The notes beneath the pieces were generated by a model. It made no database searches. It was given only the letters and a program-made list of their open reading frames with translations, and was not told where the DNA came from. The position numbers and the translations under genes are program-made. From the NCBI RefSeq assembly GCF_000181795.1, contig NW_003526941.1, positions 439,453 through 503,452 of the forward strand: 64,000 nt of DNA, given 5' to 3'. Source of the DNA: Trichinella spiralis. Its lineage: Eukaryota. Of the stretch, positions 37,982 through 50,472 are shown in pieces (position 1 is the first letter of the stretch; each line of letters opens with the position of its first letter).

Positions 37982-40900
37982 GCAGAAGAGAAAAAAGTAG
38001 AAGCAAAAAGAAAAGAAATAGAAACAGAAATATAAAAATGGAACATCTGGTCACTTTTATGCTTATGAGTGTACAGAAAGTAAAAACAGAATAAGTGGTA
38101 AGGTAGGAAAGTGAACAGAAAAAGCACAGCTATATCATCTGTACAGCAAGAAAAAAAAACAAAAAGATGAAATGAAACATATAAATACGCACACGCATAC
38201 ACACGCACAGAACAAGAACGTGTCATAATCTGTTGCTTGCAAATGGCATGCATGGATAAGAGTGGAAATTGCATTTTCACAAAAAAACAGAGTCATTCTT
38301 AATTTTGTTTTGATTGTCGTTGTTATTTTCATCTTGCTTACTTGCACAACAGTATTATTCACTAAAAAATTTCGAAAAACAGAACAAACAGTGTAATAGG
38401 ATTTACAGAATGTGTGTGTGTGTGTGTGTAAATAATAGCTCTACAGTGTTGGTGGTGGTGGTGGTGGTGGTGGTGCAGTGGAATAATTGTGATTAGCATT
38501 CAAAATGTGCCAGTATTGGGAATTTTCAGTGAGCAAGATGGACGTTCCAAATCAACAACAGAATCTTCAGACGACGGACATGAGCAATGGTCGTAAGCTT
38601 TCAAGTAGTACTGAATGGAATCGGTAGCAGCGTCGACCGTGCTCAGCAAGCCGGCTAGTCGGTTTTCCACATCCGACATGGTCACCTCATTGACGCTGAC
38701 AATTTTCCTCAACTCTACAATGAACAATCGAATGTGTTGTGCACTGTTGTGTGTTGTTGTTTTTCTGTGCGGTTGGTCTGTGTGATGAAGCAAACATGCA
38801 AACAAGCAAACAAGCAAATTATATACAACAACGACAGCAAATTGTGAGGCAACTACACAACAACTACAACTACAACTACAAAACTACAACAACTGCAACT
38901 GCAAGACTCTAAGAGAACATACGCATTGTTGTAATAATAATTATTACATTTCAAGTGGAAAAAAATGAACAGAAAAAATAAAACAGTTCTTGATTTGGTA
39001 GATATTAAGTTTTTTGGGGGAAGAAAAAACTGAAATCATGCTGCGCAAAGAAAGAATTGATCAAAAAAAAAACCGAATCGCGCGCGAGCGCGTGGGATTA
39101 CCACCAAACCAATTGGCCCCGCATATTATTACCTTCTATATCGCTGAGATGTTTTTCGGTTTTTTCCAACAATTTCGTGGCAGTTTGTCGAAGTTGTTCA
39201 GCTCGTTGTCGGGCCGCTTCGTTGTCACCGATTTTTTCGTTCAGCAAATTTTCCGCCTCTTTATACTGCTGTTCCAGAGTCTTGCGTTTCACTTCGACCT
39301 GCTCGGTTTTTTGCCTGGCGCTTTCGGATACAACCAACGCCCGTTCGACATCTTTGCCAATTTGCAAATATTCCACTTCGACTTTTTTCAAATCTTCCCT
39401 CAAACTGGCCAACAGCTCCACCGACGCGTTGACAATTTGTTCAGCGGTTTCGGTCGTTTCAGCAATCTATTTATTTATATTGAAAAATTAATTAATTTAT
39501 TAATTAATTGAAAATAATTTCATTCAATTTTACCGCTTTCAAATCTTGGTTGGTTTGATCGAAATTTTCATTCGCCGACAAAATCGCCTGCTTGGCAATG
39601 GTTTGGAAATGTTTCGAATCGTTCAACGCTTTCATCACATCTTGGGCAGTTTTTTCGACAGTTTCGATTCGAACTCTAGAAAAGAGGAAAAAAAAATATA
39701 TATATCAAATCTCTTTTCAATATGGGCATCAATATGGATGTAAATCACACTTCGATTGGTCGGCACGATTTTTCAACAGCTGCGCTTCGGTCGAATGGTG
39801 GCGAGTGTCGTGCAAAATCGCCTGTATGTTGGTCAACTTTTTCAAATTGTCTCCAATCTGGTCGGCCAACGTTTCGATTCGTCGTTTGTCCAGCGAAATG
39901 GTCATATTCAGCACCTGTTCGGCCAGCAGGCGGATCTGGTCGGGCGTGGCCGCGGTCGCCTGGGCGTCGCGGTTCAACAAGCCCGCAGCGCGGTCCAACA
40001 GGGCGCCCAACACAGCCCGGGTGTCGTTGGCGACTTGGGCTACTCGGACGGCGGTCTCGAACGCCTGGCCGGCGTCGATCAGCGCCATATCGCTGTCCGC
40101 TTGCGCGTGGCGCAATTTCAGCGTCAGTTCGTTGGCTTGGCGCTGTTTGTGTTCGAGCTTGTCGGTCGCCTCGCGACTGTACTGCCACGCCCGTTCGGCT
40201 TTGGTCGCGGAACCGTCGCGGCACGACGCCCCGCCGCAACGGGAGCAGCCGGCGCCGCCGCACAGGTCGTCGCACGGTTCGCCGCCGTCGGTTCGGGCGC
40301 CGCAGATTTGGCGGTTCAAATCGGGCAGTCGAGCTTCCAAGTGGACGAGCCGGCGGTCGAGCTCGTCCAAGGCGTTCTGGTTCTGCTTGAACTGGTGGTC
40401 GAAGTCGCGGGCGTTGGCGTCGAGCAGATCCCTGGTCCGTCGACGTTCGGCTTCGGATTCGGCGACCACGCGTTCAGTCGCGTCGGCCAGTTGACGAGCC
40501 CGCAGTGACAGCTGAGCCGCTTCTCTGGTGACGTTGTACGCCCCGCGAGGGTCGCGCTGGCGAAGGTCCGTGACGTTGCGCTCCAAATCCAGCACCGACT
40601 GTTCCAAGTCGGCCGCCTGCTGCTGCAGCGAGCGCAGATGCTCGTGGCCAGTGTCCACGCCGGCCGTCAAGCCGGTCGAACGACTGTCCACTGCGTTCAG
40701 CTGGGCCAGCAGTTGGTCGACGCGTGCTTGCAGACGACCGACCTGCGAGTGGAGTTGGTCGAGCAGGTCGGACGAGATGTTCGCCTGGGACAGTTGGTTT
40801 TCGATCGATCGAAGTTTGGTTTGGATACCGTTGAACTGATCGTCGTAGACAAACGAAACTCCGGTGTCGGCCAGCTGGGTGGCGTTGTGGGCCAGATCGT

Positions 40901-43900
40901 CGGTCTGCCGTCGGAGCTGTTGGAGAATGGAATCCCAATTTTGGAAACACTCGCCGCACGGCTCGCACTGGGGCCAAGTTCCCGTGTGACCGCGGGCACA
41001 CTGGTCGCAGTTGGGACCGCCCGAGCCGGGCAAGCAGACGCACGACCCGTTGGCGCGGTGGCACTGCAACGTTTCGGAGCCGATCGAATTGCACTGGCAA
41101 CGCACGCAGCCGGTGCTCGGGTCGCCCCAGTAGTAGTTTTCGCACTCGCCGCACGTCCGACCACCCCGACCCGGCTTGCACGGGCACTGGCCGTCGAATT
41201 CGTTGCATTGGAGCAACGGCCGCTGGTCGTTGTCCACTTCGACACCCTGTTCGTCGCAGTCGCAACTTTCGCATCCTCGACCGCTGGCAATTTTCCAATG
41301 ACCACTGGCACAAGCGTCGCATTCTCGACCGACCACGTTCGGCAAGCAGGGACACTGGCCGGTGATTCGGTCGCACGGTCCGGCCGTGATGTCAGTACCG
41401 AGGATGTTGCAGACGCACTTGGCGCAAGACTGGGTCTGGGCGTCGCCGAAAAATCCCGCCATGCAGTGCTCGCACTGGTAGCCGTCGGTGTTCGACGTGC
41501 ACTTCAAACAACGTCCGGTCTTTTGGTCGCACGAACCGGGCACGTCGAAATCGATGTTGCCGTTGCAGTCGCAGCGCTCGCAACTGCCGCCCAACTCGTT
41601 CGGATTGCCCCAATAGTTGGTGATGCATCGGTCGCAGCGTTCCCCTTCGTAACCGTGCCGACAATTGCAGACCACGCTTTCGGAAACCGCGTCCAAATAG
41701 CAACTGTCCGCGTGCTGGAACCCACTACCCGGACCGCCGGGACAAGGGCACGGCCGACAGGGGATGCTGACGCCCAGACGTGGGTCGCCGTAATAGCCAA
41801 GCTGACACTGCTCGCAGTGGTGACCGGCGGTCAAGTCGCGACAGTCCACACAGGCGCCGGTTCTCTGGTCGCAGACGTTCGCGTGACCGTTGCACTGGCA
41901 CGGTCTGCAGTCGGGAAAACCCCAATAGCCGGGCTGGCATTGGTCACACTGACGACCGTGCACCGCTTCGCGGCATTTGCACTGGCCGGAGTTGGAGTCG
42001 CAGAAATTGTCCAACGCCCCGATGCTGTTGCAGTCGCACGACCGGCAACCTTGGGGTCCGAAACCGAACGTCCCGGCCGCGCAGACGTCGCAACGGCGCC
42101 CCAGCACGTTCTGCTTGCACTGACACTGGCCGCCCAACTGGTCGCACATACCGCTCACCGAACCCGTGGGATTGCAGTCGCACGCCACGCCCCGGTCCAA
42201 TATCGACGCCGCGACTGGACAAAACTGTCGTCGACACGGTTCGGGCAGTTGATCGACCGGCGTCAACTGCATCGCCAGCCGACGGCAGTTGAAGTGGTCA
42301 AATTCTCGCCTGCGCTCGTCCGACAATGCCGGACCGTCCATGAACATCCCAATTGCCGCCGAACTCGGCATCAGAACCAACGAGTCGATCAGTAGTGCGG
42401 CCGTTCGATCCGGACGGCCCGTCTGCTGGTATTCGCCGAAAGTCACGCGTATGTGGTATTGGACGTTCGGTTCCAAGCATACCGTCTGAACACTGTCGTA
42501 AATACGTTCGCCAGCTTTCAGAGATACTTGTTGCATGAAGTCGTCTTTCGGCAGACTGTTGGCACAAGGTCCAGTTGAATCTGGTGGAGACGGTCGAATC
42601 ACGTCGACACGCACGTTTTGCCAAGTCGACGGCATTGGCGACTCGTAACGCAACACCACGTTGTAGTCCATCGCGACGTGGATGTTGTGGACGGCGAAGT
42701 TGAGCACCGACGATTCGCGTACACGGACGAAACCACTGCCGGTCCACTGCTTCGGTTCGGTAGCGTCCCAGTAGGGTTCGCGCAGTTCCACTTCGGCAGG
42801 GCCTTCGAAAACAGCTTCTTCGGCTTCGTAAGTGAAAAAATCCAAACCGGCGCAATAATAGCCAGATTCGGGTATATCGCAACGACGACCGCTGAAATGG
42901 GCCCTGCATCGACACTGGCCGTTCATCACGTCGCACGAATTATCATAAGCGCCGCCGATGTCGCAGTCGCAAGGCTTGCAGCCGTCCAACTGTTCACTCA
43001 GACCGTAATGTTCCAACAGACAACGATCACAGTTGTCTCCGGTTACCAGACGTTTGCACGTGCACTCGCCGGTTCTCTTGTCGCAGCCTTCGTTGTTCAC
43101 CGTTCCGAGCAGATTGCACGTACAAGCAGTGCAACCTTCCGGATTATCCTGGTCCAAGTTCCAGTAGCCGTTTTTGCAAGCGTCGCAGTGGTCGCCGACC
43201 ACGTGGACTTTGCAATGACAACGACCAGAGATTAGATTTCGCTCCGAATCTGTTTCACTTTCGCAGATGCCCTGATTCAAAGAGCCTCTCAAGTCGCACT
43301 CGCAAGCTCGACAAACATAAGGATCCGACAACGCTCGATCCGGATCTCGATAAAAATACGGTTTGCACATTTCACAATTTTTGCCCATCGTGTTGTGCTG
43401 ACAGTCGTCGCAAACCCCACCGCTCACAAAGCCCGATGCTTCGTACACTGCGTGGTCGAAATGGCATCGATTTGCATGCTCGTTACAATTACATCCTAAA
43501 CATTTGAACATAATGTTGTTGTTGTTGAAAAGAAAAAGTAATAACACTAGCAGTAGTAAGTAAGTAAGTAAGTAATTTACTTTTACAAGCGTTCGTTTCA
43601 CGATCAATTGCCGGCTTCCAAGGAAGATCGTTGTAAAAATCTTCACATTCTTCACAGTTCAAACCTTTCGTGTGATGCGTGCATTCGCATCGACCGTGTA
43701 CCATATCCGGTCTAGTGGAACCAAATAATACGACACCATCGTCGTCGATCGGCTTACAACGACTCGCGTGGCCATAGCAGGAACAAGAACCACGAACAAC
43801 CATCTCATAAACGGCGTAGTAATATTTTTCCGTAATTTCTGGTCTATTGTCGAGCAAATTGTCGCCCAACGTGTGCAATTTTGTGAAATTGATTCTCAAA

Positions 43901-46900
43901 TTTGTCACTCTCAACAAATCTTGAATTTCTTCTGAATACGGATCTTCAAGCGCAATGTGAGGCGAAAGAACTTTGAAAACTACCTGAAATGAAAAGTGAG
44001 TGCAATGCAATTTGAATAAAACAAACAGAACAAACAATTTTGTTTCACCATTACCTCTCCCCCAGTCGACGGTGCAACGAAACTGTACCTCGAATCACAA
44101 ATTACATCCGTGTGACGTCTCGGTATGCCTTCCGGTACACCAGGAAAGGATTCGGCACAATCGTAGGCAAAGTAGCGATAAATTTTCCACGTTTTGCCAA
44201 AATCTGACGAACGTTCGATGATCATCGCCGCCGGACGAAACGACTTGAACGTCATGATCAAGTGGGTGAAATGGAACTCGGCTTCCAGATCCAAGCGTAC
44301 TGTGACATTTTGCAAACCATTTTCAGACTGCCACCATTTTTTCGCGCGCATTTCGAACCGATCACTAACGACATTTTCAATCCGATGACTGCGCTCGTTG
44401 ACATACCTGGCCCAGGGTTGGCGACTGTTGCACGTGAAACACTTCTTCCTATCTTCCAAATGACTGACAATACAATAACGTTCCGGATGCAACAAGCCGC
44501 ATGTCGAACTAGCTGTCAACCGATTTTCACGACCAATGAGCAAATTTCCAGTAGCCGGATAACAGCTACGATCGTTGCATATGTCCACCAAAGAAGAAGA
44601 AGAAGAAGAAGAAGAAGAATCTACGAATGCCAATGCATCATCTGAAATAATAAAAAAAAAACAGAACTTATTCTTCAATTATTCCACAACTCACGATCTA
44701 CTCTGTAACATTTTCATTTTATTCAAATAAGCTTTCCTTTACACACACACACACACACACTTGTCTTAAATCAAATACGCTCTTTCAAAATGCAAACATT
44801 CCCATTACGCGTTAAAGGTTACTTAGTGAATTGAAAAGAAAAAAAATAATATTTATATAAAAGAGGAAAACGTAAAAAATATTGGTGCAACATTTTGCAA
44901 AATTATGCCCAGACAACTACTCAAACTATGATGGTATTCAATATGCAAAAGCAATTGGTGCTGATTCATTATTGACCAAAAGTTTCAAAATGATAAAAAA
45001 TGTATAAAAAAATAAAATCACGTCAATAGTTGCTCGCCGCTTACTTCCGTAGATAAAAATAGACAGAAAAAACCCCTCATCTTTGATAAATCAAACGAGC
45101 CAAAAGTAATACATTTATTTCTAGAAACGGACGTCTGCTACTTCTTGATCATCTATCTATTACACGTAGATGAGGAGAAAGAAACGAATAAAACAATTTC
45201 AAAATGAACAACTAACTACTGCTAACAAACAGAGAAACACTGATTTGTATTTGCATATTGCTCTGTTGATATTAGACAGATGCAAGTGCTAATGAATGAA
45301 GCGCACGACCGACCTTCCCAAAGGTCAGAGAGCTAGCAGTTAGTAGTGACCAGTGGGTCAGTTGGAATCGACCGTTGGCTACAGACCGAAAAATGATGAC
45401 GGTAATGTGAAAACCATCTTCTTCAAACAGAATACTGTTTGTTTGGTAAAGTTCAACGAGAAAAGAAAAGCTGCTAACAAGATGTTTGCCATGGAACTTC
45501 AAAATTGAAGAAAACCTTCTCCCACTGCTGTCGAGCGATGATTTTGAAACCGCCTTGCACAATTGAACACAATTAGCATTGGCTGACCAGCGTTGCGTGA
45601 AAAGAAATAGCTTCCTTGACCCAACGGAAAGCTGACAGAGAAGCCGAACAAAAAACAATTCGCAATCATTATCACCAAAGCGTAAAGCCCATAATTAGCA
45701 GGCAGCCCAAAGAGAAGAAAAGTACAATTGCAGAATGCCAATGCCATCTTGTTCCAGTAACATGAAAAACAATAAATCACTCGTTGCAAATACAGTCCAA
45801 TTAAGCCGCCGATGAAGCTCATGATTTGTGATTGCCATCACGATACAATTAAACACGTTGACAAGATGGGATAATTCCAATAATTTTCTACAAACCTACA
45901 CACTTATAAATCAACTGCTAATGGAAAACGATGATCATCAAAAAATGGTCACACAGCTGAATAAATGGAAGTAAAATGAGAAAAGAAAAATACCTAGAGT
46001 CGATCAAATAACACATCTATCCATTCGATTCGAAACTTATGCTGGTATGATGCTATTAAACTACAAGAAAGTGAACATTGCTTTTGGTTCAAAATGATGA
46101 ATCGGTTGCTATTTTTAAAAATGAATCAATATTTTTTCCATAAAACTAACATTGATTTAACGTCGAAAATTTGTTTCATATCTGCTTCGAAATCTAGCAC
46201 AACTGTCATGAGAGAAATTGAAAATTTAATAAAACAATCGCATTCTTTGATTTTTAGTGATTATTTTTAAACAGTTCAAAGAAGCTGAACTTTTGTCGTA
46301 TTGATCGATGATTCAGACGTGTACATTTTTTTCTGGACGATATTAAACTTTTCTTTTCATTACAATTACTGTTATAATTGGATGGAACCGTCACAATTTG
46401 AGCAACGCATCAACCGACCTGTTTGGTTGATTCATGTCGACTACTACTACCTACTACTTACTACGCATACATCTCGTCGGTTTGTCCAGTCATCGTCGAT
46501 GTTGCCTCTGCTGAAAGTAGTTTCAATCTAATCGTATTAAAAATCTCAATTTCAAAACTGCTACTTCACCCAAGGGCTAAAAACTGCATTCAGCTATCTC
46601 AACTTTGCAACTTGGTACAAAAAAAAGTATATATAATTTTTTAACCGAATTGAAATGTAAGCAAAAAAAGCAGTAGAGAGAGAAAAAGAAATAATTCATC
46701 CAGATTTTTGCAACACTTCACACTTCACATTTGATTTTTCAAATTCTAGACAAAAAACCAACAACGTAAGTTAACAAATATGCCATAGCTCTATAGTATA
46801 ATAGCACTCACACACACACACACACACACACGTACTGCACCAATTGCATATTATATACATTATATTATATTATATAGTGAAAACTCGTCATGCTTTTTAC

Positions 46901-48306
46901 ATTCAGAGCAATCACTGCGTGCGGGCAGAGAAGTCACTTTCCACATTCCATTCGATAACAACGCTGTCCAGTTGAAAGGCATAATAAAAATAGCGCACCT
47001 TTCTCCCTACCCCCAAAACAAACACAAACAGACAACGCAAATATTCACTCTGCTCTTATCTAAAGCAAACTGCGAAACCAAATTGAAAAGAGGTTGAAAA
47101 TAATACAAATTTAAAAAAAAATTTAAATTCAATCTCCAAACTTTCCCTTTTCTCCTTCTTTTGATAAACGCTCACAATAAAACCCACATCCGGCGGGAAT
47201 TATTTCACAATTTTCAACAATCAAACAAACAAAAACTTCAACATCAATGCTTAACTGTGTCAGCTTTACATGCGAAAAATAATATCCTGTCGAAAATTTG
47301 AAAAATATTTAAAGAAAAAACACCTCTCAACGTACATGCCCCATTTCCAACTAGAGTCAATGATACATGCAAGTGATTTTTCAAATACAAGTGAACAGAT
47401 AATTTCTCATCGAATCAATACAAATGCTTCTCAAAATTAAGCTTTAATTATTACATTCACCTATAGATTGAAGCATGGTTCAAGGCCATAAAACAAACTA
47501 TTAAGTGGTTGATGCATAAATTTCCATCTTCTCACCACATCCAACTTACATGCATGTTCAACTGCAACGTCAAAATTAGTCATTGCTTTAAATTTTGAAA
47601 CTAAACTCAGGGATATATATTTATTTATTTAAATTTCATGCCGTTTGAAGGTGACATTCAACATTTGCATCCGAAATGTTAAACGTGAAAGGAACAAACG
47701 AGAAGAAAAAACTATACTATACGATACCACAATTTCATTTAAAATTATTAATTGGAGAAGAAAAAAAACCCACAACACTGCATAAATAAATAAATAAATA
47801 TATATATAAATCATACATTTCGATAAGGTCGACCGACCTTCTTTATAAGAAACAAATCAATCAGTTCAACCAGCATTTGATTAATGAAACACGATCACAA
47901 ACTTATCTAAACAGCAGATAAGTGAACACTTTACAACACTTGTTCATTAATTTATATTTAGTACAATCAATTTGTAGTTCAGATTTGATATATAAAAGCT
48001 AACATATCAGTGATTTTGATCAACCTAACAAAAAGTCAATCTTTCATGTTTCATGCCCAAATGATCAGGTTTAAATTCAATAGAGAAAAATTAGTAAAAA
48101 TGATCAATAAATAAAAAGTAAAACATTAACAACTACAACAAAATAATTCAACTAATCAAACTGTACAATTAATGAATTCTTTAGTAAATATTTTTAGAAA
48201 AAAAATTTACTTTACCGACTAGCAAGAGTAAAAAGCCGATGAAAACTGTAACGATGGTGCTACCAGGCAGACGATGCTGTCCATCATGCAAGCGTTTCTC
48301 TTTCAT
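37664..48306 (-). CDS. lam-1: Laminin beta chain; exons 48306-48216, 44641-~44055, ~43984-~43580, 43495-39751, ~39676-~39533, ~39466-39133, then alternative last exon 38714-38500 or 37800-37664
   Basis: Signal peptide, LN domain ([36 protein letters not shown]), LE repeats, domain IV, and a coiled coil with the beta-knob (ICGA...[18 protein letters not shown]). Confidence 0.96.
37942..37977. repeat. (TA)n microsatellite
   Basis: Direct inspection. Confidence 0.9.
38449..38475. repeat. (GGT)n microsatellite just downstream of the laminin exon A stop
   Basis: Direct inspection. Confidence 0.9.
38500..38714 (-). CDS. Laminin beta alternative terminal exon A ([10 protein letters not shown]...LKAYDHC + 27 aa)
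   Basis: attgtag acceptor in phase 1, GC-rich coding-like sequence, and gap-free alignment with exon B. Confidence 0.8.
44740..44760. repeat. (CA)n microsatellite in laminin intron 1 (another at about 46808-46831)
   Basis: Direct inspection. Confidence 0.85.
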
Positions 48307-50472
48307 GGCAGTGAGTTGAAAATAAATCCTTAACAATACAACATGAAAAGCACTGTGCGAAATAAATTTAAATAAACATAATAATAGAAATTCTATTATT
48401 ACTTACTAATTTTTTAACGCTTCGAAGTTTGTTATGCAGACGATGGCCGATGACTGATGTGTTATGCTTTTTCAAAAGACGACGACAACGAATGGAACAA
48501 GCAAAAGCTAATAACAACAACAACAAATGGCCAACTGTTTCTTTGCCAACTGACAACCGAAAATGCTTTCTGATTAATCAACCGATTGTCGACGCCATTG
48601 GCGAACTGTCACTTCTGTCGCACTTCTACAACAAGAAGAATAAAGCCGGCGATTAGAAACACAGATATACAAACAACAGGCATATATATATAGATACAAT
48701 GAGACACGCTTGAAAATTTCGAAAGCTTGAGCGGTTGATGGGAAAAGCAGCAGCAACAACAAACAAGCAAGCAGAACGCGAAATGAATCACACCGCCGCG
48801 CTGGCATCCAGCTCGAAGTGCCGCATCAAGTTGAGAAAAGATGATAATAACATGATGAAGCAATGGAAAAAAGCACGTGCGCAAATGGTCGAACGGATTG
48901 GCTAGCACGTACGTACGTGCTGCACCAATCAACGAACAGCTTCCGCCAAGTCGATGCGAAGAAGCCCAGCAATATAATGCAAGCGGTGAAGGTAGAAAAA
49001 AAAATAATTCGAAAACAAAAAAATCGACCAACGCACCAACTGACACCGGACAACGGGAAAAACATACGGCCAGTCAATCAAGAAAAGCGAACAAAGTGAC
49101 CACTGGTCAGCGGAGTTGAAGCGAAACGCACCGTGGCAAGGTAAAGGCAAGCAATCAAAGTCAAATTACGAACGACATGGCCAAGCCGACGGACACCAGC
49201 GCCAACTATAGCAAATCACGCACCGTACGACCGGGTCAAGGCGTCTGACAAGTGCTACAAATCAAAAATACCGGCCCACTGTTCAATCAACGCTTTATCT
49301 TCAAAGACGACCAGGCTAACTGGGTGCAACACAACAGTGACACAACATCACTTTCACCGCATTCAATTCATAAATTAGCTGCTGAATCAAACAAAAATCT
49401 ATCTCCAATTTGAAACTATTAAACAAACAAACGAAAATACAAAATTTCAAACGCAACTTTCATTTTGTTGCAGCAAATGTTGCCGAAAAAGTAAAGATTA
49501 AAAACTGACAAAGTGTTTGTTGAACCGATCGATACTGTTGAACAATGAATGTAATTTCCAATATTTGCGCTATGAGTAAAACTTTTGAAATGTAACAAAA
49601 AATAATCATAAAAAAACTTCATCTATCCCAAGTTGAAAATTTTCAATGTACAAATAATTTTACGAATGTCGAAAAATTTGGCTGATCATCGACGGCAACA
49701 CAGGCACACCGATAGATTGATTTCCCGGCAGACTTTGACGTGCCACTTACCGTACGTTAGAGACGCAAGAGTTTTCCATTGAAGAATTTGTAAATTTTGT
49801 ATTTCAATATTAATTCTTACTTTGCAAATACAATTATTTCAAAATAAACTTAAAATTAACCCAACCCTTTGAAAATATCGTCTACAAAGACAATTAAATT
49901 ATACAACTCAGAACACGCAACCAATTTACAGTAAACATTAAAAAAACAACAATGCAAGTACAATTTTGCAAGGTTGCAAATATGGCGGGAAATAAATTTG
50001 AAACTCAACTAACATATTGAAAAATATTTCCCGCACATTGGTCTAATTTTATCACTTCGATGATTAAAAAAGATATTTTTAAATACAGAAACTGTAAATT
50101 ATTTAATATAATTATTTCTTTATTATCTGAAAACCATCATTATCAGTTTTTGAAATACATATTAATTCGTACAATTTAATCAATTCAAAATCAATAAGTA
50201 AAATTTTTAAAATTCATCTTCCTAAATTATGAATTATTTGAGATAAACAATAGAATATGACAATTTAACAAATGATGCACATTTCATTTTCAACAGTTCA
50301 CAATGCATTTAAAAGAAATAAAATTTGGCAAAATTTTCACATATATTATCATAATAAAAAATTAAAAAAAATCACATGCAATCACAGAATTTATGCAATC
50401 GAAAGGAAACAATCAATTGTTCATATTCGAACTAGAAAAATCGTCTATGAATGAATGCATTACTCAACAGAA

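Noticed and set aside
39098..39132. Read-through of the laminin donor giving [11 protein letters not shown]
   Set aside because: It lacks the terminal coiled coil and Cys; ordinary run-on into an intron.
39592..43235. Long plus-strand and off-frame ORFs (up to 585 aa) over laminin beta
   Set aside because: Shadow ORFs caused by high GC and codon bias in the large exon; no domain signal of their own.
45272..45880. Hydrophobic ORFs inside laminin intron 1 (possible nested gene)
   Set aside because: The overlapping frames do not assemble into a model and have no recognisable motif; more likely regulatory or neutral sequence.
48574..49330. Cluster of short ORFs in the GC-richer region upstream of laminin
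   Set aside because: No coherent protein; more consistent with promoter or 5' UTR sequence.
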